The notes under the pieces: model-generated
Seen by the model: the letters and a program-made list of their open reading frames with translations, nothing else
What the model was told of the DNA's origin: nothing
Database searches by the model: none
Assembly: GCA_035221665.1 (NCBI GenBank)
Contig: CM069162.1
Span: forward strand, 25,420,001-25,484,000
Reading direction: 5' to 3'
Origin: Okamejei kenojei
Taxonomy: Eukaryota
DNA: 64,000 nt
Shown: positions 50,531 to 64,000 of the stretch, in pieces
Layout: each line of letters opens with the position of its first letter
How positions within the stretch are numbered: position 1 is the stretch's first letter
Made by a program: the position numbers and the translations under genes

Positions 50531-51800
50531 CTCTTAGTTGTTATCAGAGAAGGGCACATTAGTTATGAGAGACTGCAAGTTTTGTTTTCCCTGGAGTGAG
50601 TAGGTTAAGAGTGGATATGATTTGAGATATATCAAATTATGAGGAATATAGAGAGGGTAGACTGCAGGAATCCAATAGCCATATTATAGGTGAATAAAAC
50701 AGAGGACATAAACTTGGGGTAAGGGGTAATGAAGGCATCTGAAGGAACCTTTCGTTCACCCGGAGAATGATCATAGGCTAGTGACACATGATAGAAATGT
50801 CATCATGAAGGAGTGAAAGGACTCCATTCTCTGCGGAGTAGACTGAGGGGTCATTTGATGCACGGGGCAGATGTAGAGAAATTATTTCCATGTGCAGATG
50901 TTTCAGAGGAAGCTTATTTACCCAGTTTGGAACTCACTCACACAGGAAGTAGTTGAAGCAATAAATGAAATTAGTGGGCAACCCAGTAAACATACAGGAG
51001 AGAAAGTGACAGAAGGATTTACATATAGGAATAAATAAGGTTCTTGCGAAGACACAGGCGCGGATCTGTTGGGCTGAATGGCCTGATTCTGTACTGAAAT
51101 AATTGTGGTTCTATGGAATTGTATATGTATAAAATTATGAAAGACAGGTAGACAGTCAGAACCCATTTCCGAGAGTGGAAGTGTCAAAGACTAGCAGGCA
51201 GAGCTTTAAGGAGGGAGGGGTAACATTTAAAGGAGGTGTGCAGGGCAGTTGTTTTTTGTTCCACAGAGGTGGGTGCCTGAAAGCACAGACAGGTGGTACA
51301 GTGGACACGTTGCAGCCTGGCGTTCCGCAGGGACCATTCGAATGATGTCAGCACGGTGTGATGAGACAGGAAAAGGAGGTTTAACACATTTCCTCTGAGA
51401 AAGTCTGGTTCACCAGAGACGGAAACTAAGGTGACCAGTTCATCAGCAGATACCATTGCAGAGATTCCAAACATACCCTGCGGGTATCCAACTGGTACAA
51501 AACCACTGTGGGGGGATTAGCAAGGTCACATTAGTTTAGCAGCCATGTACAAGTGTGGGTACAGAATAATATACTGAAAATCTGTAAATGCCATTCTCGC
51601 TCGGTGTTGGCATGGCAGTGAGTTTCCAAGTTAACTGGCAAATAGTGGAGAGATGCGAGACTCAAGAGTGGCAGGTTCTGACAGGAGATAAAGACATGTT
51701 CAGTTTAGGAAAATAGTATAACATTAGTTTCTTTCAATCCTCATGTGCTTTACTCTTCCATGTTTAGGATAGGAGCGTTGCCAATGGAATTTGCCCCATT

Positions 51801-52092
51801 GTTTAGTTTAGTTTAGAGACACAGCATGGAAACGGGTCCTTCGGCCTACTGAATCCACGCCGGCCAGTGATCCCCACACACTAACACTATCCTACACACA
51901 CGAGACAATTTACAATTATACCAAAGCCAATTAACCTAGAAACCTGTACATCTTTGGAGAGCGGGAGGAAACGAGCACCCGGAGAAAACCCACGCGGTCA
52001 CGGGGAGAATGCACAAACTTGTTACAGACAGCACCCGTAGTCAGGAACGAACCCAGGTCTCTGGCGCTGTAAGGCAGCAACTCTACCACCGT
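51801..52092 (-). mobile_element. tRNA-derived V-SINE (HE1-like)
   Basis: (GTTTA)n tail at 51801 followed by the reverse-complement body. Confidence 0.8.
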
Positions 52093-53881
52093 GACATTGT
52101 TGGCACTCGTTAAAAATGCTACTACATCGACACCCAAGAACCACAGAGATAGGATAGCTCTCTCTAATATAAGCCAGCAAATGCTTCCTCGTTTTTTAAC
52201 TATCTCAAAACTTCCCAAAGCTTGATGGGTGAATATCAATATTTTATGCCTTAACCACACAAATGCAGCAAAACAAAAATGTTCCCCATGATTGTTATGC
52301 CCTTGTGTATGCAGAATGTTCAGCATGTATGGTTGACGTCAATTCTTGCGCAAAACCTGTTTTGTGGGTTGCTTCTAAAATTAGGTCACAATTGTCTGAT
52401 TTAAAAAAACATTATGGGTCAATTCACAGAGGAGAAGCTTTTCACAACAGTTTCACAGAACCTGTGCGGATTTTATCCAGGGGAGCAATATTCTCCAGAA
52501 TGTGGAAGAGTTCCTATTGCAAAAGCTACTTTGGATGAGTGCATGGATATTTCTCCAGCTATTATCTTCTTAACATGGGTGCTTCACTTCTGTTTTATGA
52601 ATGGAGGCAGAAGGGATGGATCATGGGCAGAGCAGTGATACCAGGGGATGCTGAAGAAGGGCTGATGCCTGCTGACACTATCCCTCAAGAGTATAAAAAG
52701 AACAATCTCCAACCCCTGAGGGAAAAATACCCACTGAATAGGGCGTTTAAAGTCAAAGGTGATAAAGATCTGAACCTAAGGGTGCCTCCAGATTGTCACT
52801 TGGGTAGGCGAGGGTTAAAATTATCTGCAGTTAATGTGATGTGTCCTCTTCTAATCTCTGCACTACTTGTATCTGAGGGCTTTCACTCAAGCTACTGATT
52901 GTTATCAAGTGAATGCAATAAAGATGAGATGCCACACTTTCTTTCAGTGACCTTGCGAGGGCATGGCCAAATAAGAATTGCTAACTGTGAAATGGGATGT
53001 TTCCTGTCACTCACTGAGCTGCGGGAGTTACAGAGACTGACAGATGCTGTGGGAGTGCTGTACAGTCAGAGGTATCAATGTTTATAAGCAATAGATTCTG
53101 CTGCTGATGAGTGATTCCATCCCATATCTGGGATAAGAAAATCAGGGAAATTAGCCCCAGTATCCTGCCTGTATCTATCCCACAATCAACATCGGGAGTA
53201 TAAGGAACAAATGTTGACATTGATCTACACAAGAAGTCCATAAAACAAGAGAATGAAAATTCAAGTAATACTCAAAAAAGGTTCTGACCTGTACAGAACA
53301 GTTGTTCTAACCAATAGTTCAATAGACTGTGACGCATTTCCAGCATTGAAAGGCTGAATGTCTCAATAAGTTCCTGTTACCATTTACACCCAATATAAGC
53401 GACCTCTCGCTCCTTTACATTTCACTCTTATCAATGTATTTTATACCTTTCTCCCTTGCGTTTCACCTTAAATCCTTCCTGGCTACTTGCCTTAATTGTT
53501 CACTGTATCTGTAAGCTCTACATTTATACCAATTCTGGTTAAGGACAATTCTTTATTTTATTGGATTTATTGTTGATAACCATTTAGATTCAGTAGGGGT
53601 AGGGTTCAAACAGTTGAGTGCCGCACTGAGCCACTGCTACTTGTCAAAGGCCACTCAAAATCCACTGATTATAAGATGTTAACATTTGCAAATTAAAAAA
53701 AAATTGCAGTGCAATGTAAAATTTGAAAAGGTTGGGTATAAATGAATTGACTCCAGTTTCCCAAGAGGTCTCCATACTCTGAAAGATCAGGCTGGAAATG
53801 AAGAAGTAATGATAGAATTCAACTAATTTGTAAATTAAAGATTGCCTGCATTAATCACAGATAAACAGCATTCATATTACC

Positions 53882-53941
53882 AGAGTTTATAATTGTTATA
53901 TAAGGATTGTGAGAGTTTATAATTGTTATATAAGGACTGAG
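53882..53941 (+). repeat. 30-bp tandem duplication
   Basis: AGAGTTTATAATTGTTATATAAGGA(T/C)TG occurs twice. Confidence 0.9.
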
Positions 53942-55333
53942 AGCAGCAACGACCATCTAGATAACTGATCAGCTCTTAGTAAGATTATTTTTTAAGCCTG
54001 CCGGAGGCTTGGCAAAGATGACCAGGAAATGTGTCTGAAAGTTGCTGGCTCTTGAAGCGAGTCCATGTCACTGAATGGGAGATTTGGAAGCGATTAAGCA
54101 CTTTTAAAGATTTGCTGTTTCACTCTCACTGGTCTTTTTTCAAACGTTAAGCTGTTACTGAATGACTTTCCAGGACTGACCAAGACTTCATTACTATTCT
54201 GCTGAAGGGCTGTGGAATCAGAGAAAAATTGCACCACAGAAGGCCATTCAGCCCATCATGTCTGTGCCAGTCCAAGGAGAGCTGCCCAACCTCATTCTAC
54301 CTTTCAACAATGGATCCACGATCTTGCAGTCTCTTCAAATGCCTTTCCACATACTTTAAATCTTCACTGCCTCTACCACCTTACAGGCAGTGAATTCTAG
54401 ATCATTGTCACCTGAAGGGTGAAAACATTAGGTCCCCTAGTTTTTTATCCACCTGCTGATGGGAATTAGTTTATCTGGCCCCCCCATCTTATACATCTAA
54501 ATTAAATCACTCTTCGCCTCCTTTGCTCTGAAGAGAACAAATCTAGCCTAACCAGCCTGAAGAAGGGTCCTGACCCAAATTGCTATCTGTCCATTCTCTC
54601 CACGGATGCTGCCTGACCCTGTGAGTTCATCCGGCACTTTGTGTTTTGCTCAAAATTCTAGCATCTGCAGTTCCTTGTGACTAAATACTGACAGCTTGGG
54701 CCTGTGAAACTCATAATTAATTATGAGGCACAAACTTAAACACAAGAGAAAAAATACCAACCGCAAAAGTGTTATGAATAAGAAAGAATGCCTAGTATCT
54801 GCTGAAGTAGAAGACAGCATGAAGTGGCAGTAAACTCCACACATGTTGCAGGAATTTGTTAAAATCTTGGTAATTACTGCAGGGAACTGAATTCCCTCAT
54901 TAGTACATCAAATGAATAGACATCTCTTTAAAGGCCAATACCACCATCAAGATACAGATTGATGGCACAAATGCTCAGATTGAGGCCAATATGAACACAG
55001 GAAGGTGATTACATTAGCAGGAGTATGACCAATTACCTATGCAACACTGCGTGGTTAATGTAGGACTGTCAATGTACCATTTAACAAAACACTCGAAACG
55101 TTGCAGAACCATTGCAACCCGATAGTCAGTCACACAGCATGGATACAGGCTCTGCGACCCAAATTGCCCATCAACGCATTCCACCTGCCCGCATTTGACC
55201 CGTATCTCTCTAAACCTTTCCTATCCATGTACATGGTCAAATGTCTTTTAAATATTGCCTGCTCAATTACTTCCTCTGGCAGCTTGTTCCATATATCCAC
55301 CATACAGTAACATGGGAGATTGTGGCAGATTAT

Positions 55334-55493
55334 GTGTAGGAAAGAACTGCAGATGCTGGTTTAAATCGAAGGAAGACACAAAATGCTGGAGCAACTCAGG
55401 CAGCATCTCTGAAGAGAGAGAACAACCCATTCTTTCTTTCCAGAGATGCTTGCTGCCTGTCCCGCTGAGTTGCTCCAGCATTTTGTGTCTACC
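55334..55493. mobile_element. Penelope-pLTR-derived palindromic element
   Basis: Same family sequence, with flanks TTGTGGCAGATTATGT / TTGTGGAGGATTATGT. Confidence 0.7.
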
Positions 55494-58196
55494 TTGTGGA
55501 GGATTATGTCTGGAACTTGTAATCAAAGGTCAGTTAGGTAAGATGATTAGTGATAACACAGTCATTCTAAAAACTCTGTTGCAGCATTGCAACCTCAGCA
55601 CATCCCTCTGACATTTGGATGGGGAATGCGATTGCGGCATCTATAGAAATTGTCTGCAAGAATGTGAAGGAATTATGCTTCGCACAGCACAATAGCATAA
55701 GTATGGTACAGAGAAAAATGGCAAGAGGAATGGATAAGAATGCCAACAGTCATTGCAAACTACATAACCATGGTTTAATGTCAAACTCCCACGAGTGATC
55801 AAACTAATGACAATCACTCAGCACAAATATGTTTGTGAAGTGCATTGATTATAGAAATCAAATGCACAATGCCTCGACCTGCTAGGCAGAATGGAACATA
55901 ACAAATCAAAGTCGAGGCCATCAAGTGGCCAGGGAAACAATTACAGAAGAGAGCCACGGAAGGGAGGGTGACACAGCAGCAAGAATGAGCAGTGTGTAAA
56001 TAACAAAGTCTCTAATAGTGATAAGCGAACAAAAATATTTTTGTGAGACTCTGAATATATTTGGACAAGTGGAATGTATGGTTCTCAATAACTGGGCAAA
56101 GGCTAGGCTATCAATTGGAGTCATTGTTCACAAGAACATACCAGCTCTGGCAGGGTGTGATTGACTGAGGAACGAATGGATGGGTTGGAAAAATGTATTT
56201 GATTTGAATAGATCAAAACTATATTAAAAAAGCTTTTGGAACAGTATTAAGACAGTCATAAGGATTCACTCACAGGCAGTAGAGGGCAATAAACAAATAC
56301 CCATTAAATCCCAAACCAAACTGATCTGTGTGATCAAAACCTGTCCCCATGTGCTGAAAGCCCAGTTATAAGAACCACCAATCAAACTAACGTGAATGAA
56401 TCTAAGGGTAAAAGTGCCACATAGTGATTGGGCAACACTCAAAGTACCCAAGGCAGATGTGTCCATTCGACCTTTTCTTTATAAAATGATTATATAAATA
56501 GAGCAGCAGATAATTCAAGATTAATACACTGATTTGGCAGGTCGACATACTTAACACTGGCACCCAACTTAATGAAGATGGGGAAAGCAAACTGCTTGGT
56601 AATTGACACAAAGAGTTCTTAGACATCATGTTGTTCTATGGGGGAACATCAAAATCAAACATCTTTGGCCAGCTTTCAATAGCCTTTATCTTCATGTAAG
56701 TATCACCGCTGTCCTTAGTGGCCCCAGTCATCTGGGTGAAGCACTTCCCCATCATCCACACAACATTGCCATCTGTTGGCCTAACCTACCTCCCCATTGC
56801 CAACCCAAACCTCTCATAATCGACCCGACTGTCTGTCATCTGATCAACAACCAATCACTTTCCAAAAATGCAATTATCGGCCAGATTCCACCTCCAAGTC
56901 GGCATTTGCCTCAATGTCACTAATCATCTGCCTAAAGCTCACCATGCCCAGCCCATGATGCATTCTTACTCCCATACATTTAACCACCCCATCTCTGGCA
57001 TGGTTCTTCCCCATCTCACTTCCCCTTCTTCTCTGCAATGGGGGGAGGGAAGATCGCAGAGGCCTATTCTTCAGCACAATGTGTCTTGAGCTCAAGAATG
57101 TTGAAGTCCTTCAAGTAGCCAACTGATTTTCCACAGTGGCCTATGGTTTAGGAATCCAGTTTCCAGAGACCTCGGCAACCAAAGGAATGTGTAACATTTG
57201 AATCTCATTTTGTTTGAAGTTGTTCCGGAATGAAGAGTAATTCACTGAGGCCGAGGATTAGGCACAGCAGACATTAATGAGGGATAGCTCTCAGGCACAA
57301 AGCTGAATGATTTGCTCGTTGGTGCTAGCTTGACATGTTCAGGATTTAAGGAATTCGATCCTTTCCATAACCCCATACTGAAAGAAAAATGGAGAAAGCT
57401 TCAGGATAGATCTGGTACACAAAACGTCCAAGTATATCTTCAGAAAAATGAACAAAGATCATTTTCCAAAAATCAGGAGATTTAGTCTGTCTGATGAAGA
57501 GCAAAAATAGAGAAATATTTTTCTCTAGCCAGCCACATGATGGCATTCTGCACACTGATTCAAGTGATCCTGAGAGTCATCCCGAGGCATCACGAGTCAG
57601 GATGTTGGTTATGGTCTGAAATGGACATGGATTTGATGCCAATTATACAGGTCCACATGTGAGCATTTACTTATGACCTGGTAGGTGGTTCCCAGCCATA
57701 TGAACCTGAGGAAGAGAGAGAATGAGATTGCAATCCAGTGAGAGTCAGCACCTTCAGGGGAGGGGATTGAACCCCAGGTGAATGAACGCTCTAGTAGAGA
57801 AATCTAGTTGAGGTGGGACGTGGGGTGGAATTTGTGAAGTGGCCACAGAATATGGGTCTATCTGTAGCACAATAACCAGTAGACATAATACAGCACTTCT
57901 ATCCAGCTGTCAGTATTGGCTGGGCACCCACAGGAGGTGCAAAAGGCTCACTAGCAGGCCAGCAACGATAAGTTTTAGAAGGGGAGTTGTGATAGGAAAT
58001 ACTAGGCAGATTGGTTGGAGAAAAAGATGGCGGCATTATGGACTTTCGGAGTTCTTGGTATGCAAGGCAGACCATGCTTCTGTTCTTATCTTCATTAAAT
58101 AAATGAAGGCACTAACCTTTACTTTACAGTGACTTATGGAAGGTCATGTATCTGCCTCTCACAGATAATTAATTTTGTATGCAGGGGTGTCTGTAA

Positions 58197-58615
58197 ACAT
58201 AGAACAGTAGAGCCCAGGAACAGGCCCTTCAACCCTCATTGCCCGTGCCGAACACGATGCTAAGTTAAATGAATCTATTTTTCCTGCAAGTAATTCATAT
58301 CCCTTAATTCTCTGTATATCCATGTGCTGACCAAAAATCCTCTTAAATACCACTGTCATATCTGCCTTCACCATCAGCCTCTGGCAGCACGGATTTCAGG
58401 CACCCAGCACCAATCTCTGTGTAAAAATCTTGCCCTGCACATCTCCTCCCCTCCCCCATCTCACCTTAAAGCTATGCCCTCCAGCCTTTGACATTTCAAC
58501 CCTGGAAAAAATGTTCCGAGTGTCTACTCTATACCTCTCATAATTTTTTACACTTCTATCAGATCCCTCATCAACCTCCGACGCTGCAGAGAAAACAATC
58601 CAAGTTTGTTTAACA
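58197..58615 (-). mobile_element. CR1 LINE 3' fragment
   Basis: SKAGGHSFKV..IFTQR peptide remnant and tail. Confidence 0.7.
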
Positions 58616-60009
58616 AGCAATAGGTCCTTCTTTAGTGAGTTGCGAGAGGGACATGCGATCTAAAGGCTGCTTGAGGCGTTTGATGGAGACCAAAAGCTGC
58701 AGAGAATGGCCATGCGCTACACTGCTTTTAATAACGCACTGTACTCCCAATTTCAGGCCTGAGACAAATTGAGAAGGGATCACACAAAGCAAATTATACA
58801 ACAGTATCTCTTCTTGATGTGTGTTTTTAATACAGAACTAGGTTAGGGGTTTGACAGTCCATGAACAAGGAAGGCAGGAACTTTCTGACCGTGCCTGCAG
58901 CTTTGTAATAATCAGTGAAGGAGTGGCAGAGTATAAAAAAGGAATTTTAGGGACTGTGACCTTTTGTTTCGGAATATAAAAGTTAGCATACAAGCTTTCT
59001 GGGTCTCTGGGGAATAATCCAAAGTGTGAGAAAGTTTAAAACCTGTCCTGTTATGAGTTATGGGCCTTGCAAATTCCAAAAATCCCACAAGGACTATCGG
59101 CCGGGCAATGACATCATCACCTGAATGTGCCAATTTACAAATCATATTCCAAACATGGACCTGCTGTCTGATTAATTCTTTGTTAAATTATATTTCCAGG
59201 ATCATACGCACAAAAACTTAATTCTGTTCAGGATTTTAATGAGGTCTGCAGCAGTTCTTATATTTGCAGCACTTTGAAGTCGAGTCTCAGGATTAATGTA
59301 CCATCCTTTTAACAGCCTTTCTGAAAGAATGAAACAAATCTTTTCTTTTAAGACCTCGCAAAAAGATCAAGGCAGCAATCTGCAGCCAGCTTCTCCATCT
59401 CACCAACGGCTGACAGTCTGGTCATTGTTAAAGCAAAATCACCATTGGTCGGTTGGAGAGAAATGAGACTAAATCAGCCAGGTCGGTGTGGTTCAGAGTC
59501 ACTGTCCTGTACACACTGGTTCAGCTGTTCATATCAGGATGTATGATCGTAGTTTCTCCAAACACTCCACTTACAAGCCGTTGGCAAAAAAGCTGGGTTA
59601 GGTAGTGCCACACTCCATAGATTGTTTTCAAGGGGAAAATGAAATTATTTCATTCTGCAAAATGAATAAATCAATCACCAGACACCAGGTGAGAGACCCA
59701 TTGATGTCACTTTCTGATATTTGATTCAAAGGCCACAGGTGTGGCTACTTGGGCGTGATATGTACCCACTGTGTTGCAAATGTATCCCAGTGCCAGCTAC
59801 TTCCAGAGATAAACCTCTGAAATCATTTTGAGAGAGGAACTGGGTTCCAGGGAGAGTCAGCATCTTCAGGATAGGGGGAGGAGACCTAAGTGTGGATGAG
59901 AATCATAATTTTCCTGAGAGGATAGGACCAAATTTAATTGAATGTCAGCGCTTCAAGATTCGAAGGAACAAATGAATAAAAATAAGTAAATACAGAAAAG
60001 GATTACTTT

Positions 60010-60510
60010 TGTGTAGGAAAGAACTGCAGATGCTGGTTTAAATCGAAGGTAGACACAAAATGCTGTAGTAACTCAGCGGGACAGGCAGCATCTCTGGAGA
60101 GAAGGAATGTGTGACATTTAGGGTCAAGATCCTTCTTCAGACTGATCTGACAGAAAAGGATTGCTTTTGTTGTGGAACCATATTTTTTAAGGAACGATAT
60201 GATGATCAAGGCAATGGGCTCGTTGCTAGCCCAGGCTACCAGGGCAGATATCCATCGGATACAGATAAACCAGAATCTGCAGGTCTTATTATTGCTAACT
60301 CTCAAACCAACACGATTCACTCTTTAGAGAATCATGAAAATGCAGAAACTGGAATCTTGAGCAAAACAAAGGTGCTGGAGGATCTCAGTGAGTCAGACAG
60401 CAACTGTAGTGGAAGGAGAGTCTCGACTGGAAAAGTCATCTGTCCATTCCTTCCACAGATGCTGCCTGACCCACTGAGTTCATCCGGCACTTTGTGTTTT
60501 GCTCATGATT
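60010..60510. mobile_element. Two Penelope-pLTR-derived elements (60010-60145, 60340-60510)
   Basis: GAACTGCAGATGCTGG...GAGTAACTCAGCGGGACAGGCAGCATC family sequence. Confidence 0.7.
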
Positions 60511-62879
60511 CACTCTTGACTGCCTTCTGAACCAGCCAAGTAGATCAGTCAGTTAAACAGTACTAGTAGGTGGCCCACAAATTCCACAAATCAATAAAGG
60601 AAAGGCAATAAACTCTCATCTTATCACTTTCACCCACAGCCTGAAAATGAATTCATAAGCCACAGACTGGAGCTATTTATAGGGCTCCTGGTACATTTTA
60701 GGATATACTGGGTTTTCCGATTCTACTCCATACAACTCTATCCTTCACAAATGTGATTCATTACATAATGGGACAAAATAAATGTTACATACTTGGAACA
60801 ACAGGTAGAATTTTAAGAAGCAACAAGGGAAAATGTTTAACGCAGAAAGAACTGGGTTCCTGGAGATCTGAGTTCAAAGCTTATGGGTATTTTATAGCTA
60901 TTTCTTAATGCTGGTTTGGACTATGAGAAAAATAATATATTACTTCCATGTCAGCTCAAAAGATGAATGAAAGCCAAATGTAAAATCTGAAATCATCTGT
61001 AGATGGTTTTCATCTCCCATCTGAACTTGGCAGCTCCTGTTCTCAGCTGAATGTGATTAGTGGTGTAAAATCAAAGATGGTAGTAAGTTGGTCTTCGTCC
61101 CATCTATCACACTCACTCAAGGTGCATGATATACAAACAGATCTGACTGTGATGTCTGCCTGATAACGATTACAAATAGCCTAACAATTGAAAACAGGTC
61201 CTCCCCTGCTCTCCCCCAGAAATCATTGTACTGCTGACAACTCATAGTCTCCTGTCAGGAAAATTATCCAGTACCCAGTGAGATTTAAAATGTAGGAGTT
61301 TTTGGTAAACCATTTATTTCTTTGGAAACAGAAGAACTAATTCTTAATCACATGATGAGTACTGTTATAATATAAATTACCTCAAGAAGAATTCAGATCA
61401 ACATCAAGGAGAAAGTGTAAGGGTGATTGGGTGAGCTGAAGGTGGATGGGAGGACACTTGTGCATAGCAAAATTCAGGCTGAATGCTGTGGTCTGCAGCA
61501 TAGACCCAATGCATTTTTCTGGGCCATTTTATTAATTCTCAGGAAATGGTCGGGACTATGACTGAATGTCCAGACCTATGTCCCCTGTGAAGGTTCCACT
61601 GTAGCCTGCTAACTGGAGTTAGCACTGAAGGTATTTAACCACCACATAGACCTGGGACTGAAGACATCTATGGCCCTGACTGGTTAAGGATGGCAGATTT
61701 CCTTCCCTGTGGGCCAGGAGTGAGCTTGGCAGCTTCACAATCAGTTGACAGGTGCCACTTCCATATGAATAATAGGTAATGGCCCAACAGTTGCTGCTCT
61801 GTTCCTCTTAGTCTACACTACACGCTGCCTCAGGAAATCGGCTAACATAATCAAGGACCTCTTTCACCCAAGCCATTCCTTCTCCCCGGTCCTATCAAGT
61901 AGAAGATTCAACAGTTTGAAAGCAAGCACTATCAGACTGGGGATCAGCTTTTTGTTTAATCTCCAAGCATTGACTCTCCTTTGAGTTTGTGAGTATTTCT
62001 TCATGTGGTGAATTGCTCCTTCGCCGTGCGAGTAACGTTCACATAATTCATCTGGTGGATATCGCTACACAATTCATGTGTTGGATATCTCTTCACAAGT
62101 TGAACATCATTCAGTTTAGTTTATCATCATGCGTAGTGAAAAAGCTTTTGTTGCATACTAACCAGTCAACGGAAAGACAATACATGGTTACAATCGAGCC
62201 ATCCACAGTATACAAATACAGGATGAAGGGAATTGCACACATTGGCTATCCATTCATGAATAGCCCTTTAGCTGCCAAATGTTCCCAGCTGTTATCAGGC
62301 AACTGAATCATCCCACCACAACCAGAGAGCAGTTCTGAATTATCTGCCTCATTGGTGACTCTCGGACTATCCTTGATCGGACTTTGATACCTTTATCATG
62401 CATTAAACGTTATTCCCTTATCATGTATCTATACACTATAAATGGCTCAATTGCAATCACGTATTGTCTTTCTGCTGGCTGGATAGCACGCATCAAAAGC
62501 TTTTCACCGTACCTCGTGACAAGCTAAACTGAACTGTTCCTCAATGATTATTCTTTCACAATTCATGAGATACACTCAAAAAAGCTGAGGAAAGTGTACA
62601 AGGAAGGGTGCCGACCCAAAATGTCACCTGTCCTTTCCCTCCCCAGATGCTGCCTGATCCACTGAGTTCGCCCAGCACTTTGTATTCAGCCTGCCTAGTT
62701 GGTGCTTGTCAAAGGGCTAAATTAAGATTCCAGCACCTGCAGCTTCTTGTGTTTCTTTCATTATTCATGTTGAGTATCTTCTCAGTTATCTGGATACCAT
62801 TCAATGATATTAAAGTATTCACAAGTTGAATATTGGTATCAGTTCACATCTTGACCATGGCTTTTTGTTTGAATATTCA

Positions 62880-63565
62880 CCACCGGGTGGCGCTCGTAAT
62901 GGCCGCCTCACCTGCAGTCTGTCTTGTCCCTTCTCTGTTTTTATTATTTGAAGTATGTCTAGAATGTTTGTTTTAATGTCTCTTAGTATGTTTTATGTGG
63001 GGGGTGCGGGGAGGGGATTGGGGGGAAACCTTTTTCAGTCACTTACCTCGATGGTGATGCGATTTTTCTCCATGTCGCATCTCCACCCCCTCTTTGCGGC
63101 CTACAACGTGGAGTGGTGCGGCCTTTCCTGGAGACCGACCAGGAGCTTCAAGCCGCGGGTTGCGGCGTGGACTTACCATCGCGGAGCCTGGGATCTTTTG
63201 CCGAGGATCGCCAGTGTTGGAACTCCGACCGCGGGGCCTGTGGTCTCCGGTAAGAAGCAGCCGACTCGGCAGCGCCATGCCGTGGAGTGTTCCGATCCGT
63301 CCCGACGAGAGGGCTTAAACAACGGCCCGTCGGCAACGGACCCGTTCAAAGGCACTGACCACGGGTGAACACAGGAGGAAGATGACTGAACTTTATTGCC
63401 TTCCATCACATTGAGGAACGTTAACTCCACTGTGGTGGATGTTTATGTTAAACTTTATTTTATGTGCTGTGAGCATTTTTGCTTTTTACTTTGTATGGCT
63501 GTACGGTAACTCAAATTTCACTGTACCTTAATTGGTACATGTGACAATTAAATTGAATCTTGAAA
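62880..63565 (+). mobile_element. GC-rich SINE/non-autonomous non-LTR element with CACTGTACCT..ACATGTGACAAT tail
   Basis: Isolated CpG-rich body ending in the same stem-loop tail family as 32381-32430 and 32930-32960. Confidence 0.5.
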
Positions 63566-63652
63566 TGGTTCTCTTTGTTAGGATCAAGTGTTGACGATCC
63601 CTTTGCATGAATATTCCCTGACTTGTGGATTGCTTTACCTAGTGAGTGAACT

Positions 63653-63786
63653 TCTTCTTCCGTGTGGCGTGCACGGCCTAAAGTTGTTGGACAACTTGTT
63701 CTATTTGATCTTCCGCTTGTGCACGTCGAGTTGATTGCATTAGTCGAAACAGGGCGGACCACGTGAAGGTTGCAATCCTCCACCCC
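63653..63786 (-). mobile_element. Short retroposon with (AAG)n tail and 12-bp TSD
   Basis: AGTGAGTGAACT at 63641-63652 and 63787-63798; the minus strand ends in GGAAGAAGAAG. Confidence 0.7.
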
Positions 63787-64000
63787 AGTGAGTGAACTCA
63801 GCTGCTAAGTATTCCATCACACACTGGGTGTCCCTTTACATGCTGGACCCCAATGTTCGCCTGAGGCTGAGGGGAGCAGCTGATAGCGACAGCCTTCACT
63901 CCTACCCCGAGACTGGGCCTACTAATGGCCCTGTCTCACTGTGCGAGTTGACCCACGAGGTACCCCGAGTGACAGACTCGTGGCTGTGCACGAGACTGCA

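Noticed and set aside
47000-64000. Expected neighbouring FARSB terminal exons and the SGPP2 polyA site
   Set aside because: No FARSB-like peptide was recognised. AATAAA hexamers (e.g. ~48573, ~50240) cannot be assigned without transcript data.
63923-64000. TAA + TGGCCCTGTCTCACT as a possible Harbinger-type MITE left end
   Set aside because: The window ends before a partner TIR or TSD can be seen.

Overview
Vertebrate genomic DNA, most likely a cartilaginous fish (skate/ray-like repeat content: V-domain tRNA SINEs with CR1 tails, CR1 LINE fragments, Penelope-derived repeats). It holds two divergently transcribed genes. On the minus strand are exons 1-4 of a Pax3/7 paired-box gene (ATG at 8965), called PAX3 from its MT- N-terminus and linkage to SGPP2; the homeodomain exons lie left of the window. 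On the plus strand is a complete 5-exon sphingosine-1-phosphate phosphatase 2 gene (SGPP2, 29716-46990, 404 aa, all three PAP2 motifs intact). The rest is intronic or intergenic and repeat-rich: two decayed hAT DNA transposons at 24-28 kb, nested CR1 insertions, SINEs, and more than 20 copies of a Penelope-derived, often palindromic short repeat, several with a minimal hammerhead-ribozyme core. Other notable items are a ~150-nt hairpin in SGPP2 intron 1, a fold-back insertion in SGPP2 intron 4, and candidate PAX3 enhancers. There is one assembly gap (614-1009). Almost all ORFs in the supplied track are non-coding noise. All calls were made by eye, and comparisons to human genes and repeat consensus sequences are from memory.
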